The notes below the pieces were generated by a model. It was not told the origin of the DNA, did no database searches, and saw nothing but the letters and a program-made list of their open reading frames with translations. DNA of 32,000 bases from an uncultured Nitriliruptoraceae bacterium (GTDB taxonomy: Bacteria; Actinomycetota; Nitriliruptoria; Nitriliruptorales; Nitriliruptoraceae): contig OY968778.1 in the NCBI GenBank assembly GCA_963695235.1, positions 2,389,136-2,421,135 of the forward strand, in the 5' to 3' direction. A program made the translations under genes and the position numbers. This document shows, piece by piece, positions 1-8,609 of this stretch. How positions within the stretch are numbered: the stretch's first letter is position 1; the number at the start of each line of letters is the position of its first letter.

Positions 1-690
1 TCGAGGACCCTGTCACGGGGTCTCTCCCTGCTCAACGCATTGGGGGAGCACAGCGACGGTGCGACCGTGTCGGGTCTGGCCGAGACCACCGGGCTCGATC
101 GAGCGGTGCTGTACCGGCTGCTCGACACCCTTACGGCCGAAGGGTTCGTGACCAGGGACACCGAGACGCGCAAGTACCGGCTGGGTCTGTCGATGCTCGA
201 GCTCGGGGTGCGTGCCGCGCAGGGCCTCGAGGTCCGTCGGCTCGCCGGGCCGCCCCTGCGGTCGCTGTCGGAGGACACCAACGAGACGTCCTGCCTCGCC
301 GTGCGGGACCGTGACGACCTCGTCGTCGTCGAGGTGATCGAGCCGGGTGACCGGTTCGTCCAGGTGAACTACCGGGTCGGCTTCCGGCACCCGCTGGGCG
401 TTGCCGCCCACGGCAAGGCCCTGCTGGCCTTCCTCCCCGAGGGTGCCCGCAACCCGGACCTGCAGCCGGTGCGCCAACGCGGCGTCGCCTACACCAGGGA
501 CGAGCTCGAGGCCGGGGCGTCCGGGGTCGCGGCTCCCGTGTTCGACCACACCGGCCGGGCCGTCGCCGCCGTCGGGATCGTGGCGCCCACCGCCCGGCTC
601 CCCGAACCGGAGGCCATCGCCCTGCGTGTGCTGCGGTCCGCTCGCGAGATCTCCGAGCGGCTGGGCTGGCGTCCGCGCCGCGCGACCTGA
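1..690 (+). CDS. IclR-family transcriptional regulator (5' end cut by window edge)
   Basis: Frame 1 is open from base 1 (SRTLSRGLSLLNALGEH...), so the ORF-track start at 40 is internal. Winged-HTH segment TVSGLAETTGLDRAVLYRLLDTL is followed by an IclR-type effector domain. Stop TGA 688-690. Confidence 0.85.
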   Translation, partial: SRTLSRGLSLLNALGEHSDGATVSGLAETTGLDRAVLYRLLDTLTAEGFVTRDTETRKYRLGLSMLELGVRAAQGLEVRRLAGPPLRSLSEDTNETSCLAVRDRDDLVVVEVIEPGDRFVQVNYRVGFRHPLGVAAHGKALLAFLPEGARNPDLQPVRQRGVAYTRDELEAGASGVAAPVFDHTGRAVAAVGIVAPTARLPEPEAIALRVLRSAREISERLGWRPRRAT

Positions 691-713
691 GCCGCGCGGA
701 GCCAGGCGGACGC

Positions 714-1394
714 ATGGGTCACCCCCGGGACGAGCTGGCATTGGCGACCGTGGAGCTGCTCGGCGCCCTCGCCTACGGCCAGTTGCGCTCGTTCGAGGCC
801 GCGGCCCGGGTGATCGGGCTGGCCCCCGATGCGCGGACCGCCGATGCGATCGCGCGGGCGGCCGCGGCCGAGTTCGATCGCTACGAACGGCTCCGCGACC
901 ACCTCGGCACTCGAACGGAGCTCGCGACCGCGGTCATGGACCGGCAGAAGCCGTCCTTCGACCGGTACTTCGACCGGGCACCGTTGGACGACTGGCTGGG
1001 TGCGTGCGTCTTCTTCGCGCTCGGTGTGCCGATGGCGACCGACTTCGTCGCCGACATCGCGCCTGCGCTGGACGAGGACACCGCTCGCGTCCTGGTCGAG
1101 GCCATGGACAAGCGCGACCTCGAGCTGCTCGCCTCGGCGGCGCTGACCGGGCAACTCGTCGACGACACGGCACGTGCGCGGGCCCGGCACCTGACCGCCG
1201 ACCTGCTGGGACGTGCACTGACCACCTACCAGGGCGTCGCCGGCGACACGGACGCGCTCCGTGTCCTGCTGGCCGCGGATGCCGCGGGCTCGTCGGGCGA
1301 GCAGCGCGTGAAGCGGCTCGCGATGGCGGTGCTCGGTGCACACCGTCGACGGGCCGTCGCGCTCGGGCTGGACGATGTCGACGAGCTCAGCTGA
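714..1394 (+). CDS. Hypothetical helical protein, possibly ferritin-like / four-helix-bundle fold
   Basis: 226-aa ORF with high GC3 and Ala/Leu/Asp/Arg-rich helical composition. ATG at 714, 23 nt after the IclR stop. The function call rests on resemblance only. Confidence 0.6.
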   Translation: MGHPRDELALATVELLGALAYGQLRSFEAAARVIGLAPDARTADAIARAAAAEFDRYERLRDHLGTRTELATAVMDRQKPSFDRYFDRAPLDDWLGACVFFALGVPMATDFVADIAPALDEDTARVLVEAMDKRDLELLASAALTGQLVDDTARARARHLTADLLGRALTTYQGVAGDTDALRVLLAADAAGSSGEQRVKRLAMAVLGAHRRRAVALGLDDVDELS

Positions 1395-1400
1395 CCCGCG

Positions 1401-2276
1401 TCACCCCACGGTGTCCGGGCGGTGGTCGCCGGTGCGCTCCTCCAGGGTGCGTTGCACGGTGAGCGAGTTCGTCACGAGCTCGCCGAAGCCCTCCGGATCC
1501 GCCAGCAGCCACGAGTGGCCGGCCTCCTCGATGATGTCCCCTGGGGCGCCCGCCGCCTCGCACAGGGCGAGGAAGGTCGCCTCCGGGACCACGTTGTCCT
1601 CCGAGCCCCACAGGATCGAGACCGGCAGCCCGCGGGCCGCGAGGGTCGCGAGCTCCTCGCGCAGATCCGCGTTGCGGGCCAGCTCACCTGCGCGGCGCAC
1701 CGCCCGTGGGTTGCTCAGCGCGTTGCCGACCAGGTCCCGCACGACGACGGGGAGGACCCGGCGGTAATCGCGCCGGCTGAACTCGCCCGGCAACCTGAGA
1801 CCCCAGTGCCACAACGGCCGGTCGGCGAGCGTCCGGTCGCCATGGCGGCTCTCCTTCCACACCGAGCCGCCGATCGAGTTGACCAGCACCAGGGCGCGGA
1901 CACGTTCCGGATGGTGCCAGGCGGTCGCCGTCGCGACGGCCCCCCCGAACGAGTGGCCGACGAGCGCGGCGGGCTCGTGGACGTCGATGATGTCGAGCAG
2001 GTCGATCACCCACGCCGCCAGCTTCTCGAACGTGTACTCGCCCTCCAACGCCTCGCTCCTGCCGAACCCGGGGAGCGCGGGTGCGATCACGCGTGCGCCG
2101 GTACGGGCGATCAGGGGCAGGGCACTCGCGTACGAGCGCGCCGAGAGCCCCCAGCCGTGGAAGAAGACCACCGGTGGGCCGTCCCCGGCGTCGCCGTAGA
2201 ACGCCGTGCGGCCGTCGAGCGAGGTCCGGTGCCACCGGAGGCGGACGTCACCGTCGATCGACACGGCGTCCGCCAC
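1401..2276 (-). CDS. Alpha/beta-fold hydrolase (Ser nucleophile type)
   Basis: 291 aa. HGWG oxyanion region (VVFFHGWGLS) and nucleophile elbow GHSFGG. Convergent with the 714-1394 gene. Confidence 0.85.
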   Translation of the reverse strand: MADAVSIDGDVRLRWHRTSLDGRTAFYGDAGDGPPVVFFHGWGLSARSYASALPLIARTGARVIAPALPGFGRSEALEGEYTFEKLAAWVIDLLDIIDVHEPAALVGHSFGGAVATATAWHHPERVRALVLVNSIGGSVWKESRHGDRTLADRPLWHWGLRLPGEFSRRDYRRVLPVVVRDLVGNALSNPRAVRRAGELARNADLREELATLAARGLPVSILWGSEDNVVPEATFLALCEAAGAPGDIIEEAGHSWLLADPEGFGELVTNSLTVQRTLEERTGDHRPDTVG

Positions 2277-2403
2277 TGTCCACCGCCACGCGCGCCACGG
2301 GCGCCTCCGCTCACGCCGCCGCCGGCAGCCGCCGGGACGGGCCGGAGTCTACCGGCGGGGGATCGCCGGCCCCGGCGACCGGGTGACGGCCGCCCAGGTC
2401 GCG

Positions 2404-3309
2404 TCACCCGCCGGGCCGTCCGTCCCGTGCCGCCTCCGAGCGTTCGCGCGCGACCTCGGAGCGGTAGCCCGCCAGGAGCTTCGCGACGATCGGTCCGGGT
2501 GCACCCCCGCCGATGGTGACGCCGTCGACGGCCACGACGGGCACCACCTCGCGGGTGGTCGCGGTGACCAGCACCTCGTCGGCGTCGAGCAGCTCGGGCA
2601 ACGGCACCGAGCGTTCGTCCACCCGGAGGCCGAGCCGTCGCGCGACGTCGAGCACCGTGTCGCGGGTGATGCCTGCGAGCAGGCCGTCCGAGACCGGTGG
2701 GGTCACCAACACGTCTCCGTGGACGATGCCGACGTTGCCGGCAGCCGCCTCGAGCACGTGGCCGTCGTCGTGCACGAGGATGGCCTCGTCGGCGCCGGCG
2801 GAACGGGCCTGCTCACGCGCGGTCAGCGCGGTGAGGTAGGACACCGACTTGACCTGCGGCAGCTCGCGAGCGAGCCGGACCGTGATGGCCGCGATGCCCT
2901 GCTCGTGCACACGTGGGTCGACCCGGAGCCGGTGCGAGGTGACCACGACCGTCGGCCCCGTGCCGGCGGCCCCGGGGAAGGGACTCGACGGGTCGAGGGT
3001 GCCGGGGGAGGTCGTGAGCCGGAGGACGCTGTCACGACCGCCGAACGCCGCGAGGTTGGCGCGCACGGTGGCGGACACGGCCTCGCGCAGCAGGTCCCGG
3101 TCGAGGCGGTACCCGAGCGTCGCGGCGCCCGTCACGGCGCGACGGAGGTGTGCGTCGCTTCGGAAGGGGTGCCCGCCGTAGGCGCGGATCGTCTCGAAGA
3201 CGCCCTCACCGCTGCGGAAGGCACGGTCGAACACCGACACGGTCGCGTCCCCCGACCGGACGAGCCGGTCGCCGACCCACACCCATGGCGGGGGCTCGAG
3301 ATCGCTCAC
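2404..3309 (-). CDS. pabC: Class IV aminotransferase-fold protein, probable aminodeoxychorismate lyase
   Basis: Only the C-terminal 301 aa of the 550-aa track ORF look like protein (FETIRAYGG..., VKSVSYL, TREVVPV). GTG at 3307-3309 overlaps the pabB stop TGA 3306-3308 (GTGA). The upstream 250 codons are Arg/Pro/Gly-rich shadow sequence inside pabB. Confidence 0.75.
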   Translation of the reverse strand: MSDLEPPPWVWVGDRLVRSGDATVSVFDRAFRSGEGVFETIRAYGGHPFRSDAHLRRAVTGAATLGYRLDRDLLREAVSATVRANLAAFGGRDSVLRLTTSPGTLDPSSPFPGAAGTGPTVVVTSHRLRVDPRVHEQGIAAITVRLARELPQVKSVSYLTALTAREQARSAGADEAILVHDDGHVLEAAAGNVGIVHGDVLVTPPVSDGLLAGITRDTVLDVARRLGLRVDERSVPLPELLDADEVLVTATTREVVPVVAVDGVTIGGGAPGPIVAKLLAGYRSEVARERSEAARDGRPGG

Positions 3310-4781
3310 GCCGCACCGCCGCCCGCGGCGAGGGGCTCGGGGTGCGGCTCGCCGATGCCGGACGGGGACGCGCCGACGGCTCGGAGGAACGCGGCAGCCT
3401 TGTCCAGGCTCTCCGCGTGCTCGTCGCCGGGGTCGGAGTCGGCGACGATGCCCCCGCCGGCGCCGTAGTCCGCGTGGCCGTCGTCGAGCGTGGCCGTCCT
3501 GATCGCGACCGACAGTGTCGCGGCCCCCGGTGCCAGGAAGCCGATGGCGCCGCAGTACCAGCCGCGCCGGACGGGTTCGAGCCGGTCGATCAGGCGCATC
3601 GCCGCGACCTTGGGGGCGCCCGTGATCGAGCCGCACGGGAACACCGCCCGCAGGAGCTCGCCGTAGCCGGTGCCCGGCCGCAGCCGCCCCTGGACGGTCG
3701 ACACGAGATGCCAGACGGTCGGATGGGCCTCCAGCCGGACCAGCTCCGGCACGCGGATCGATCCGGGTACGCACACACGCCCGAGGTCGTTGCGCTCGAG
3801 GTCGACGACCATGACGTTCTCCGCGCGGTCCTTGGCCGAGGTGACGAGGTCGTCCGCCAGCGCGGCGTCGAGTCCCGCGTCGGACGCCCGCGGCCGGGTC
3901 CCCTTCACCGGTCGGGTGCGGACCAGCGCACCGTCGACGTCGAGGAAGGTCTCGGGTGACACCGACGCGACCCCCAGCTCGGGCAGCACCGCGCCGTACG
4001 CGGCCGCGCTGTGCCCGCGCATCGCCCGGTACAAGGCCCAGACGTCGGCACTCCATCGGGCCGTGAGCCGCTGGGTCAGGTTCACCTGGAACACGTCACC
4101 CCGGCCGATGGCACGCAGGATCTCACGAACCGCGTCGAGGTGGCGCTCGCGAGGGAGGCTGCTGGTGACGGGCTGCCGTCGCTGGGGTCCGGCGCCGGGG
4201 TCTGCCGGTTCGGCCGATGCCAGGCGCCGGACGACCTCGTCAACGGTCCGGCGCCGCGCCCCGTGGCTGAGCAGGAGCGCCTCCGAGCGGTCCGGGGCGA
4301 CGGCCAACACGAGCCCGGCGACACGCAGCGACAGGTCCGGCGAGCGGCGGTCCCTCGGCGGACCGTCGCGGAGGGTCTCGACGCGCCGCGCGAGGTCGTA
4401 GGCGAGGGCGCCGACGAGACCGCCCGTGAACGGCGGCAGCGCGGCGTCGCGCGGGGCCCCAGGACCGACGCCGAGGGCACCGCCGAGCTCGTCGATGGCG
4501 CGGAACGGGTCCGTCCCGAAGGTGACGGACTCGGCACCGGGGGACAGCAGGACGGTCGTGTGTCCGTCGTCGACGAGCCGTGGTCCTCCGTGCGGGACGA
4601 CGTACGACCACCCCGCGCCCACTGGTGTGGGGGCCGATGCGGACTCCAACAGGTCGGCCGGCTGGAGGAGCGACGCGGCGCGGTCCAGGTCGATGCGCCC
4701 GTCGGCCAGCCGCGGGAGCGTCGTCACGGGTCGGACGGCGAGCCGGGTCAGGTCGGGCAGGGCGCGACCCATCCCGCTCAC
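3306..4781 (-). CDS. pabB: Aminodeoxychorismate synthase component I (chorismate-binding enzyme)
   Basis: 491 aa with the chorismate-binding C-terminal half (FPCGSITGAPK). The RPVKGTRPR motif carries the Lys typical of PabB rather than the Ala of TrpE. 4-nt overlap with the downstream lyase gene. Confidence 0.8.
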   Translation of the reverse strand: MSGMGRALPDLTRLAVRPVTTLPRLADGRIDLDRAASLLQPADLLESASAPTPVGAGWSYVVPHGGPRLVDDGHTTVLLSPGAESVTFGTDPFRAIDELGGALGVGPGAPRDAALPPFTGGLVGALAYDLARRVETLRDGPPRDRRSPDLSLRVAGLVLAVAPDRSEALLLSHGARRRTVDEVVRRLASAEPADPGAGPQRRQPVTSSLPRERHLDAVREILRAIGRGDVFQVNLTQRLTARWSADVWALYRAMRGHSAAAYGAVLPELGVASVSPETFLDVDGALVRTRPVKGTRPRASDAGLDAALADDLVTSAKDRAENVMVVDLERNDLGRVCVPGSIRVPELVRLEAHPTVWHLVSTVQGRLRPGTGYGELLRAVFPCGSITGAPKVAAMRLIDRLEPVRRGWYCGAIGFLAPGAATLSVAIRTATLDDGHADYGAGGGIVADSDPGDEHAESLDKAAAFLRAVGASPSGIGEPHPEPLAAGGGAA

Positions 4782-4785
4782 CCGC

Positions 4786-4953
4786 TCACGTGCTCGCCGG
4801 CACGCCGTACTTGCGGCGGAACGCCGTGTCGTCGAGCTGGTCGAGATCCGACTCGAGCTCCCGCTGGAAGGCGTCGGCCTGCGTCTCGTCGGAGAACGTC
4901 TGTGCCCACACGAGGGCTCCGGACTCCGCGATCTGCAGCTGGACGTCGACCAT
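4786..4953 (-). CDS. Small acidic hypothetical protein (55 aa from ATG 4953; upstream GTG starts at 5025/5094 possible)
   Basis: By my count, GC3 is about 95% from ATG 4953 onward and about 75% in the upstream part of the 102-aa track ORF. Stop lies 4 nt before the pabB start. Sequence MVDVQLQIAESGALVWAQTFSDETQADAFQRELESDLDQLDD... Confidence 0.5.
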   Translation of the reverse strand: MVDVQLQIAESGALVWAQTFSDETQADAFQRELESDLDQLDDTAFRRKYGVPAST

Positions 4954-5155
4954 CTGTGCGCCGTCGTAGCCGCCTCGGCGGCGCGTCAGCACACGGAAGT
5001 CGCGTCGAGGGGAACGCTCGGCCACGGTGTGTGCTCGCAGGGTCGGCAGGACGCGGACGGTACCCGCGAGGTCCGACACCGGACAACGTCGCACCGGCGG
5101 ACGCTCGACCGGCGCGGGTCTCGATAGGCTCGCCGGCCAGACGAACGCGGGTGCG

Positions 5156-5719
5156 ATGAAGGTCTACACGAAGTCCGGCGACGACGGCACGACCGGGCTG
5201 TTGTTCGGCGGGCGGGTCGACAAGGACGACCTGCGAACGACCGCCTACGGGACGGTCGACGAGGCGTGCAGCGCACTCGGTCTCGCCCGCGCCGAGCTGG
5301 ACGGCCACCTGCACGACCTGGTGCTCGAGGTGCAGCGGGAGCTGTTCGTCATCGGCGCGCAACTGGCCACCTCCGTCGGGCACTGGGACCGGTTGGTGGT
5401 CGGCGTCAGCCGGGTGGACACGGCGATGGTCGATGCGTTGGACGGGCGGATAGACGCCTGTGTCGCCCGGCACCCGATCCCGAAGCACTTCGTCGTGCCG
5501 GGGGGCACGCGGGCGGCGGCGGCCCTGGACCTCGCCCGGGCCGTGTGCCGCCGTGCGGAGCGTCACGTCGTCGCCATGCGACGCGCGGAGCTGCTCCCCG
5601 ACGACGCGCCGCTTCGCTACCTCAACCGTTGTGCCGACTACCTCTTCGTGCTCGCCCGCGAGGCCGAGGGCGAACACCTGCCGTCGCGCGCCGGCCGTGG
5701 AGTCGATCACCCCTCGTAG
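5156..5719 (+). CDS. PduO-type ATP:cob(I)alamin adenosyltransferase
   Basis: N-terminus MKVYTKSGDDGTTGL is the family signature. The ATG at 5156 is in frame within the 5027 track ORF. The 3' end overlaps the convergent panB by 13 nt (5707-5719). Confidence 0.85.
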   Translation: MKVYTKSGDDGTTGLLFGGRVDKDDLRTTAYGTVDEACSALGLARAELDGHLHDLVLEVQRELFVIGAQLATSVGHWDRLVVGVSRVDTAMVDALDGRIDACVARHPIPKHFVVPGGTRAAAALDLARAVCRRAERHVVAMRRAELLPDDAPLRYLNRCADYLFVLAREAEGEHLPSRAGRGVDHPS

Positions 5720-6576
5720 GCATGCTCCGGCGCTGGGTACTCGCCGTCCGCGACCTCGTGCTGGAAGGCCTTCACCGCGGTCACGATCTCCGAGCGAAGG
5801 TCTGCGTACTGCTTGACGAAGCGCGGTAGGCGTCCGGTCGTCAGGCCCAGAAGGTCGTGCCAGACGAGCACCTGGCCGTCGGTGTCCGGGCCGGCGCCGA
5901 TGCCGATCGTCGGCACGTCGACCGCCGCCGTGACCCGTGCCCCGACGCTGGTCGGGATGCACTCGAGCACGATGGCGAAGGCGCCGGCCTCGGCCAGTGC
6001 GACCGCGTCGGCGACGAGCTGCTCTGCGGCATCCGTCTCCCGCGCCTGGACCCGGAAGCCACCCAGCTGGTGCACGGACTGCGGTGTCAGGCCGAGGTGT
6101 CCCATGACGGGGATCCCGGCGCGCACAAGCCGTGCCGTCACCTCGACCATGGGTCCGCCACCCTCGAGCTTGACCGCGGCAGCGCCGCCCTCCTTGAGCA
6201 TCCGCGTCGCCGAGGCCAGCGCCTGTGCCGGCCCCTGCTGGTAGGTCCCGAACGGCAGGTCTCCGACGACGAGCGCGTCACGGGTGCCGCGGGCGACGGC
6301 CCGCGTGTGGTGCAGCATCTCGTCGAGGGTGACCGGGACGGTGGAGTCGTAGCCGAGCACGACCATGCCGAGGCTGTCCCCGACGAGCAGCACGGGGACG
6401 CCGATCTCGTCGAGCAGGGCGGCAGCGGCCGCGTCGTAGGCGGTGACCATCGCGAAGCGCTCGCCGGCGCGCTTCATCGCCGACAGCGTGTGGATCGTCA
6501 CCGGTCCGGACCGTCGCGAGTCGGCGGTGGACGGGACGGCGGCGTGCGACGGGGTTGCGGGCACGTGAACGGACAC
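5707..6576 (-). CDS. panB: 3-methyl-2-oxobutanoate hydroxymethyltransferase
   Basis: 289 aa. FAMVTAYD, LLVGDSLGMVVLGY and VKLEGG motifs. GTG start 6576 preceded by GGGAGGG. Confidence 0.93.
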   Translation of the reverse strand: MSVHVPATPSHAAVPSTADSRRSGPVTIHTLSAMKRAGERFAMVTAYDAAAAALLDEIGVPVLLVGDSLGMVVLGYDSTVPVTLDEMLHHTRAVARGTRDALVVGDLPFGTYQQGPAQALASATRMLKEGGAAAVKLEGGGPMVEVTARLVRAGIPVMGHLGLTPQSVHQLGGFRVQARETDAAEQLVADAVALAEAGAFAIVLECIPTSVGARVTAAVDVPTIGIGAGPDTDGQVLVWHDLLGLTTGRLPRFVKQYADLRSEIVTAVKAFQHEVADGEYPAPEHAYEG

Positions 6577-6687
6577 CTGGGACCCTCCCTGCCAGCCCGT
6601 GGCGCCCCCGTCTGTCGAGGGCCGGGTCCAGCGGTCGTCGTCGGTGGTTGCCGTGGCAGTGTGCCCTACCGGGCGCGTGCGCGCGGG

Positions 6688-8388
6688 TCAGCCGCGCCAC
6701 CCGCTGGTGATGGGGACCCGCCGGTCCCTGCCGAACGCGCGCTCGGTGATCTTCGGCCCGGGAGCGGCTTGGCGCCGCTTGTACTCGGCGCGATCGATCA
6801 ACTGGACGACGCGGCGGACCTCCCGCTCGTCGTGGCCGCGCTGCACGATCGCGCCGATACCCAGGTCGAGCTCGACATAGGCGCGGACGATGTCGTCCAG
6901 CACGACGTAGTCGGGGAGCGAGTCCTGGTCGAGCTGACCCGGTCGCAGCTCGGCCGAGGGCGGCTTCTCGATCGTGCTCTCCGGGATCACGTCCGCGACG
7001 GAGTTCCGCCACCGCGCCAGTTCGTACACGAGCAGCTTCCCCACGTCCTTGAGCGGGGCGAAGCCGCCCGCCATGTCCCCGTACAGCGTCGCGTACCCGA
7101 CCGCGTACTCGGACTTGTTCCCCGTGGTGAGCACGATGCTGTCGTGCTCGTTCGACAGCGCCATCAGCACCAGCCCGCGGAGCCGGGACTGGAGATTCTC
7201 GTAGGCGACCCCCGGGGTCCGGTGGTCGTCGCGGTCGAACCCGCTCACCACCAGGTCCCCGAGTGCGACGCTGGCACCCCGCAACGGCTCGGCGATCGGC
7301 ACCTCGAGGTAGCGGCAGCCGAGAGACGCCGCGAGGGCCCGCGCATCCACGAGGGAGTGCGACGAGGAGTACGGGGACGGCAACGCCACGCCCGTGACGT
7401 GCTCCGGGCCGAGCGCGTCGACGGCGATGGCCGCCGTCACGGCCGAGTCGATGCCGCCCGACAGCCCGAGGAGCGCATCGTCGAAGCCGTTGCGGTGGCA
7501 GTAGTCACGGGTCGCCCGCACGAGTGCGGCCCAGACCTCGGCCGTCGGTTCGAGCCGAGGCAGGACGTCTCGGGACGGTGACGGTGAAGGGCCGTCGGGG
7601 GGCCCCCCCGGGACCTCGAGATCGACGAGCACCAGATCCTCGACGAACTGTCCACCCCTTGCGATCACAGTGCCGGACGGGTCGGCCACCATCGAGTCGC
7701 CGTCGAAGACCACCTCGTCCTGCCCTCCGACCACGTTGCAGTACAGGACGTGCACCCCGCCACGCCGCGCATGGTGGCGGACCCAGCGCTCCCGCTCGGT
7801 CCGCTTGCCGTGGTGGTAGGGCGAGGCGTTGAGGTTGGCGACGACGCGTGCACCCGCGGCCACCGCGGACTGCAGCGGGCCGTCCTCGGTCCACAGGTCC
7901 TCGCAGATCGTGACGCCCACGGGGACGCCGTCGACGTCGACCACGCACGGCTGGTCCCGCGAGGTGAAGTAGCGCGCCTCGTCGAAGACGCCGTAGTTGG
8001 GCAGTCGTAGCTTGTCGTAGGTGGCGGCCACCACACCATCGCGGAGCACCGCGGCGGAGTTGGTGAGGTCCCGCGTCGCGAGCGAGACGTCCCAGTGGGC
8101 CTCGTCGGTCGCGTCACCGTCACCGGCGCCCACGAAGCCGACGATGGCGGTCGTGCCGGCGGGGCCAGCGGCCGTGAGCCGGCGCAGCGCATCGAGGTTG
8201 GCGTCGACGAACTCACGCTTGAGCAGCAGGTCCTCGGGTGGGTACCCGGTGATCGTGAGCTCCGTGAACACGACCAGGTGTGCACCGGCAGCCGCCGCGT
8301 CGCGCCATGCACGCAGCACCCGATCGACGTTGCCGTCGATGTCGCCGACGCGTGCGTCGACCTGGCCCAGGGCGACCCGTAGCGGCAT
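6688..8388 (-). CDS. nadE: Glutamine-dependent NAD+ synthetase (CN-hydrolase + NAD synthetase domains)
   Basis: N-terminal nitrilase-like domain (MPLRVALGQ..., TICEDLW) and C-terminal ATP-PPase domain (GLSGGIDS). ATG at 8388 with GGAGGA 6 nt upstream. The track start at 8427 adds 13 unsupported codons. Confidence 0.92.
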   Translation of the reverse strand: MPLRVALGQVDARVGDIDGNVDRVLRAWRDAAAAGAHLVVFTELTITGYPPEDLLLKREFVDANLDALRRLTAAGPAGTTAIVGFVGAGDGDATDEAHWDVSLATRDLTNSAAVLRDGVVAATYDKLRLPNYGVFDEARYFTSRDQPCVVDVDGVPVGVTICEDLWTEDGPLQSAVAAGARVVANLNASPYHHGKRTERERWVRHHARRGGVHVLYCNVVGGQDEVVFDGDSMVADPSGTVIARGGQFVEDLVLVDLEVPGGPPDGPSPSPSRDVLPRLEPTAEVWAALVRATRDYCHRNGFDDALLGLSGGIDSAVTAAIAVDALGPEHVTGVALPSPYSSSHSLVDARALAASLGCRYLEVPIAEPLRGASVALGDLVVSGFDRDDHRTPGVAYENLQSRLRGLVLMALSNEHDSIVLTTGNKSEYAVGYATLYGDMAGGFAPLKDVGKLLVYELARWRNSVADVIPESTIEKPPSAELRPGQLDQDSLPDYVVLDDIVRAYVELDLGIGAIVQRGHDEREVRRVVQLIDRAEYKRRQAAPGPKITERAFGRDRRVPITSGWRG

Positions 8389-8420
8389 CCGATGTCCTCC
8401 TCGACGTCGCCCCGCGAGAC

Positions 8421-8458
8421 GAAACAAGGCCGAAACGAAGCATCAACGCGGGGGAAAT
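8421..8458 (+). promoter_or_regulatory. Candidate GlnR-box array: GAAAC-n6-GAAAC-n6-TCAAC-n6-GAAAT
   Basis: Four pentamers at 8421, 8432, 8443 and 8454, each separated by exactly 6 nt (11-nt period), in the nadE/amt divergent intergenic region. This resembles the actinobacterial GlnR a-site/b-site architecture gTnAc-n6-GaAAc. A TAGCGT (-10-like TAnnnT) follows at 8469-8474. Confidence 0.45.
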
Positions 8459-8609
8459 CCCCCATCCGTAGCGTCCGCGAACGTACCGGTCAGATCCGGA
8501 CCGGCGTGGCGCGCCGCAGGGCGCACCCGGCGAACCGGACAGCACCCGGACGACCCGAACGGTTCGGGCCGTCCGACCACGGGTAAGCGACTGCGAGCTG
8601 GAGGATTCC

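Noticed and set aside
2404-4056. Track ORFs suggesting much longer proteins: 550-aa PabC, 850-aa SucB (22444-24996), 416-aa LipB, 394-aa LipA, 1179-aa GlnE (10902-14441), 550-aa USP (29574-31226), 402-aa HAD (14961-16169).
   Set aside because: The N-terminal extensions overlap the upstream gene in another frame and are Arg/Pro-rich. Internal GTG/ATG starts with an RBS or a 4-nt stop/start overlap give family-typical lengths.
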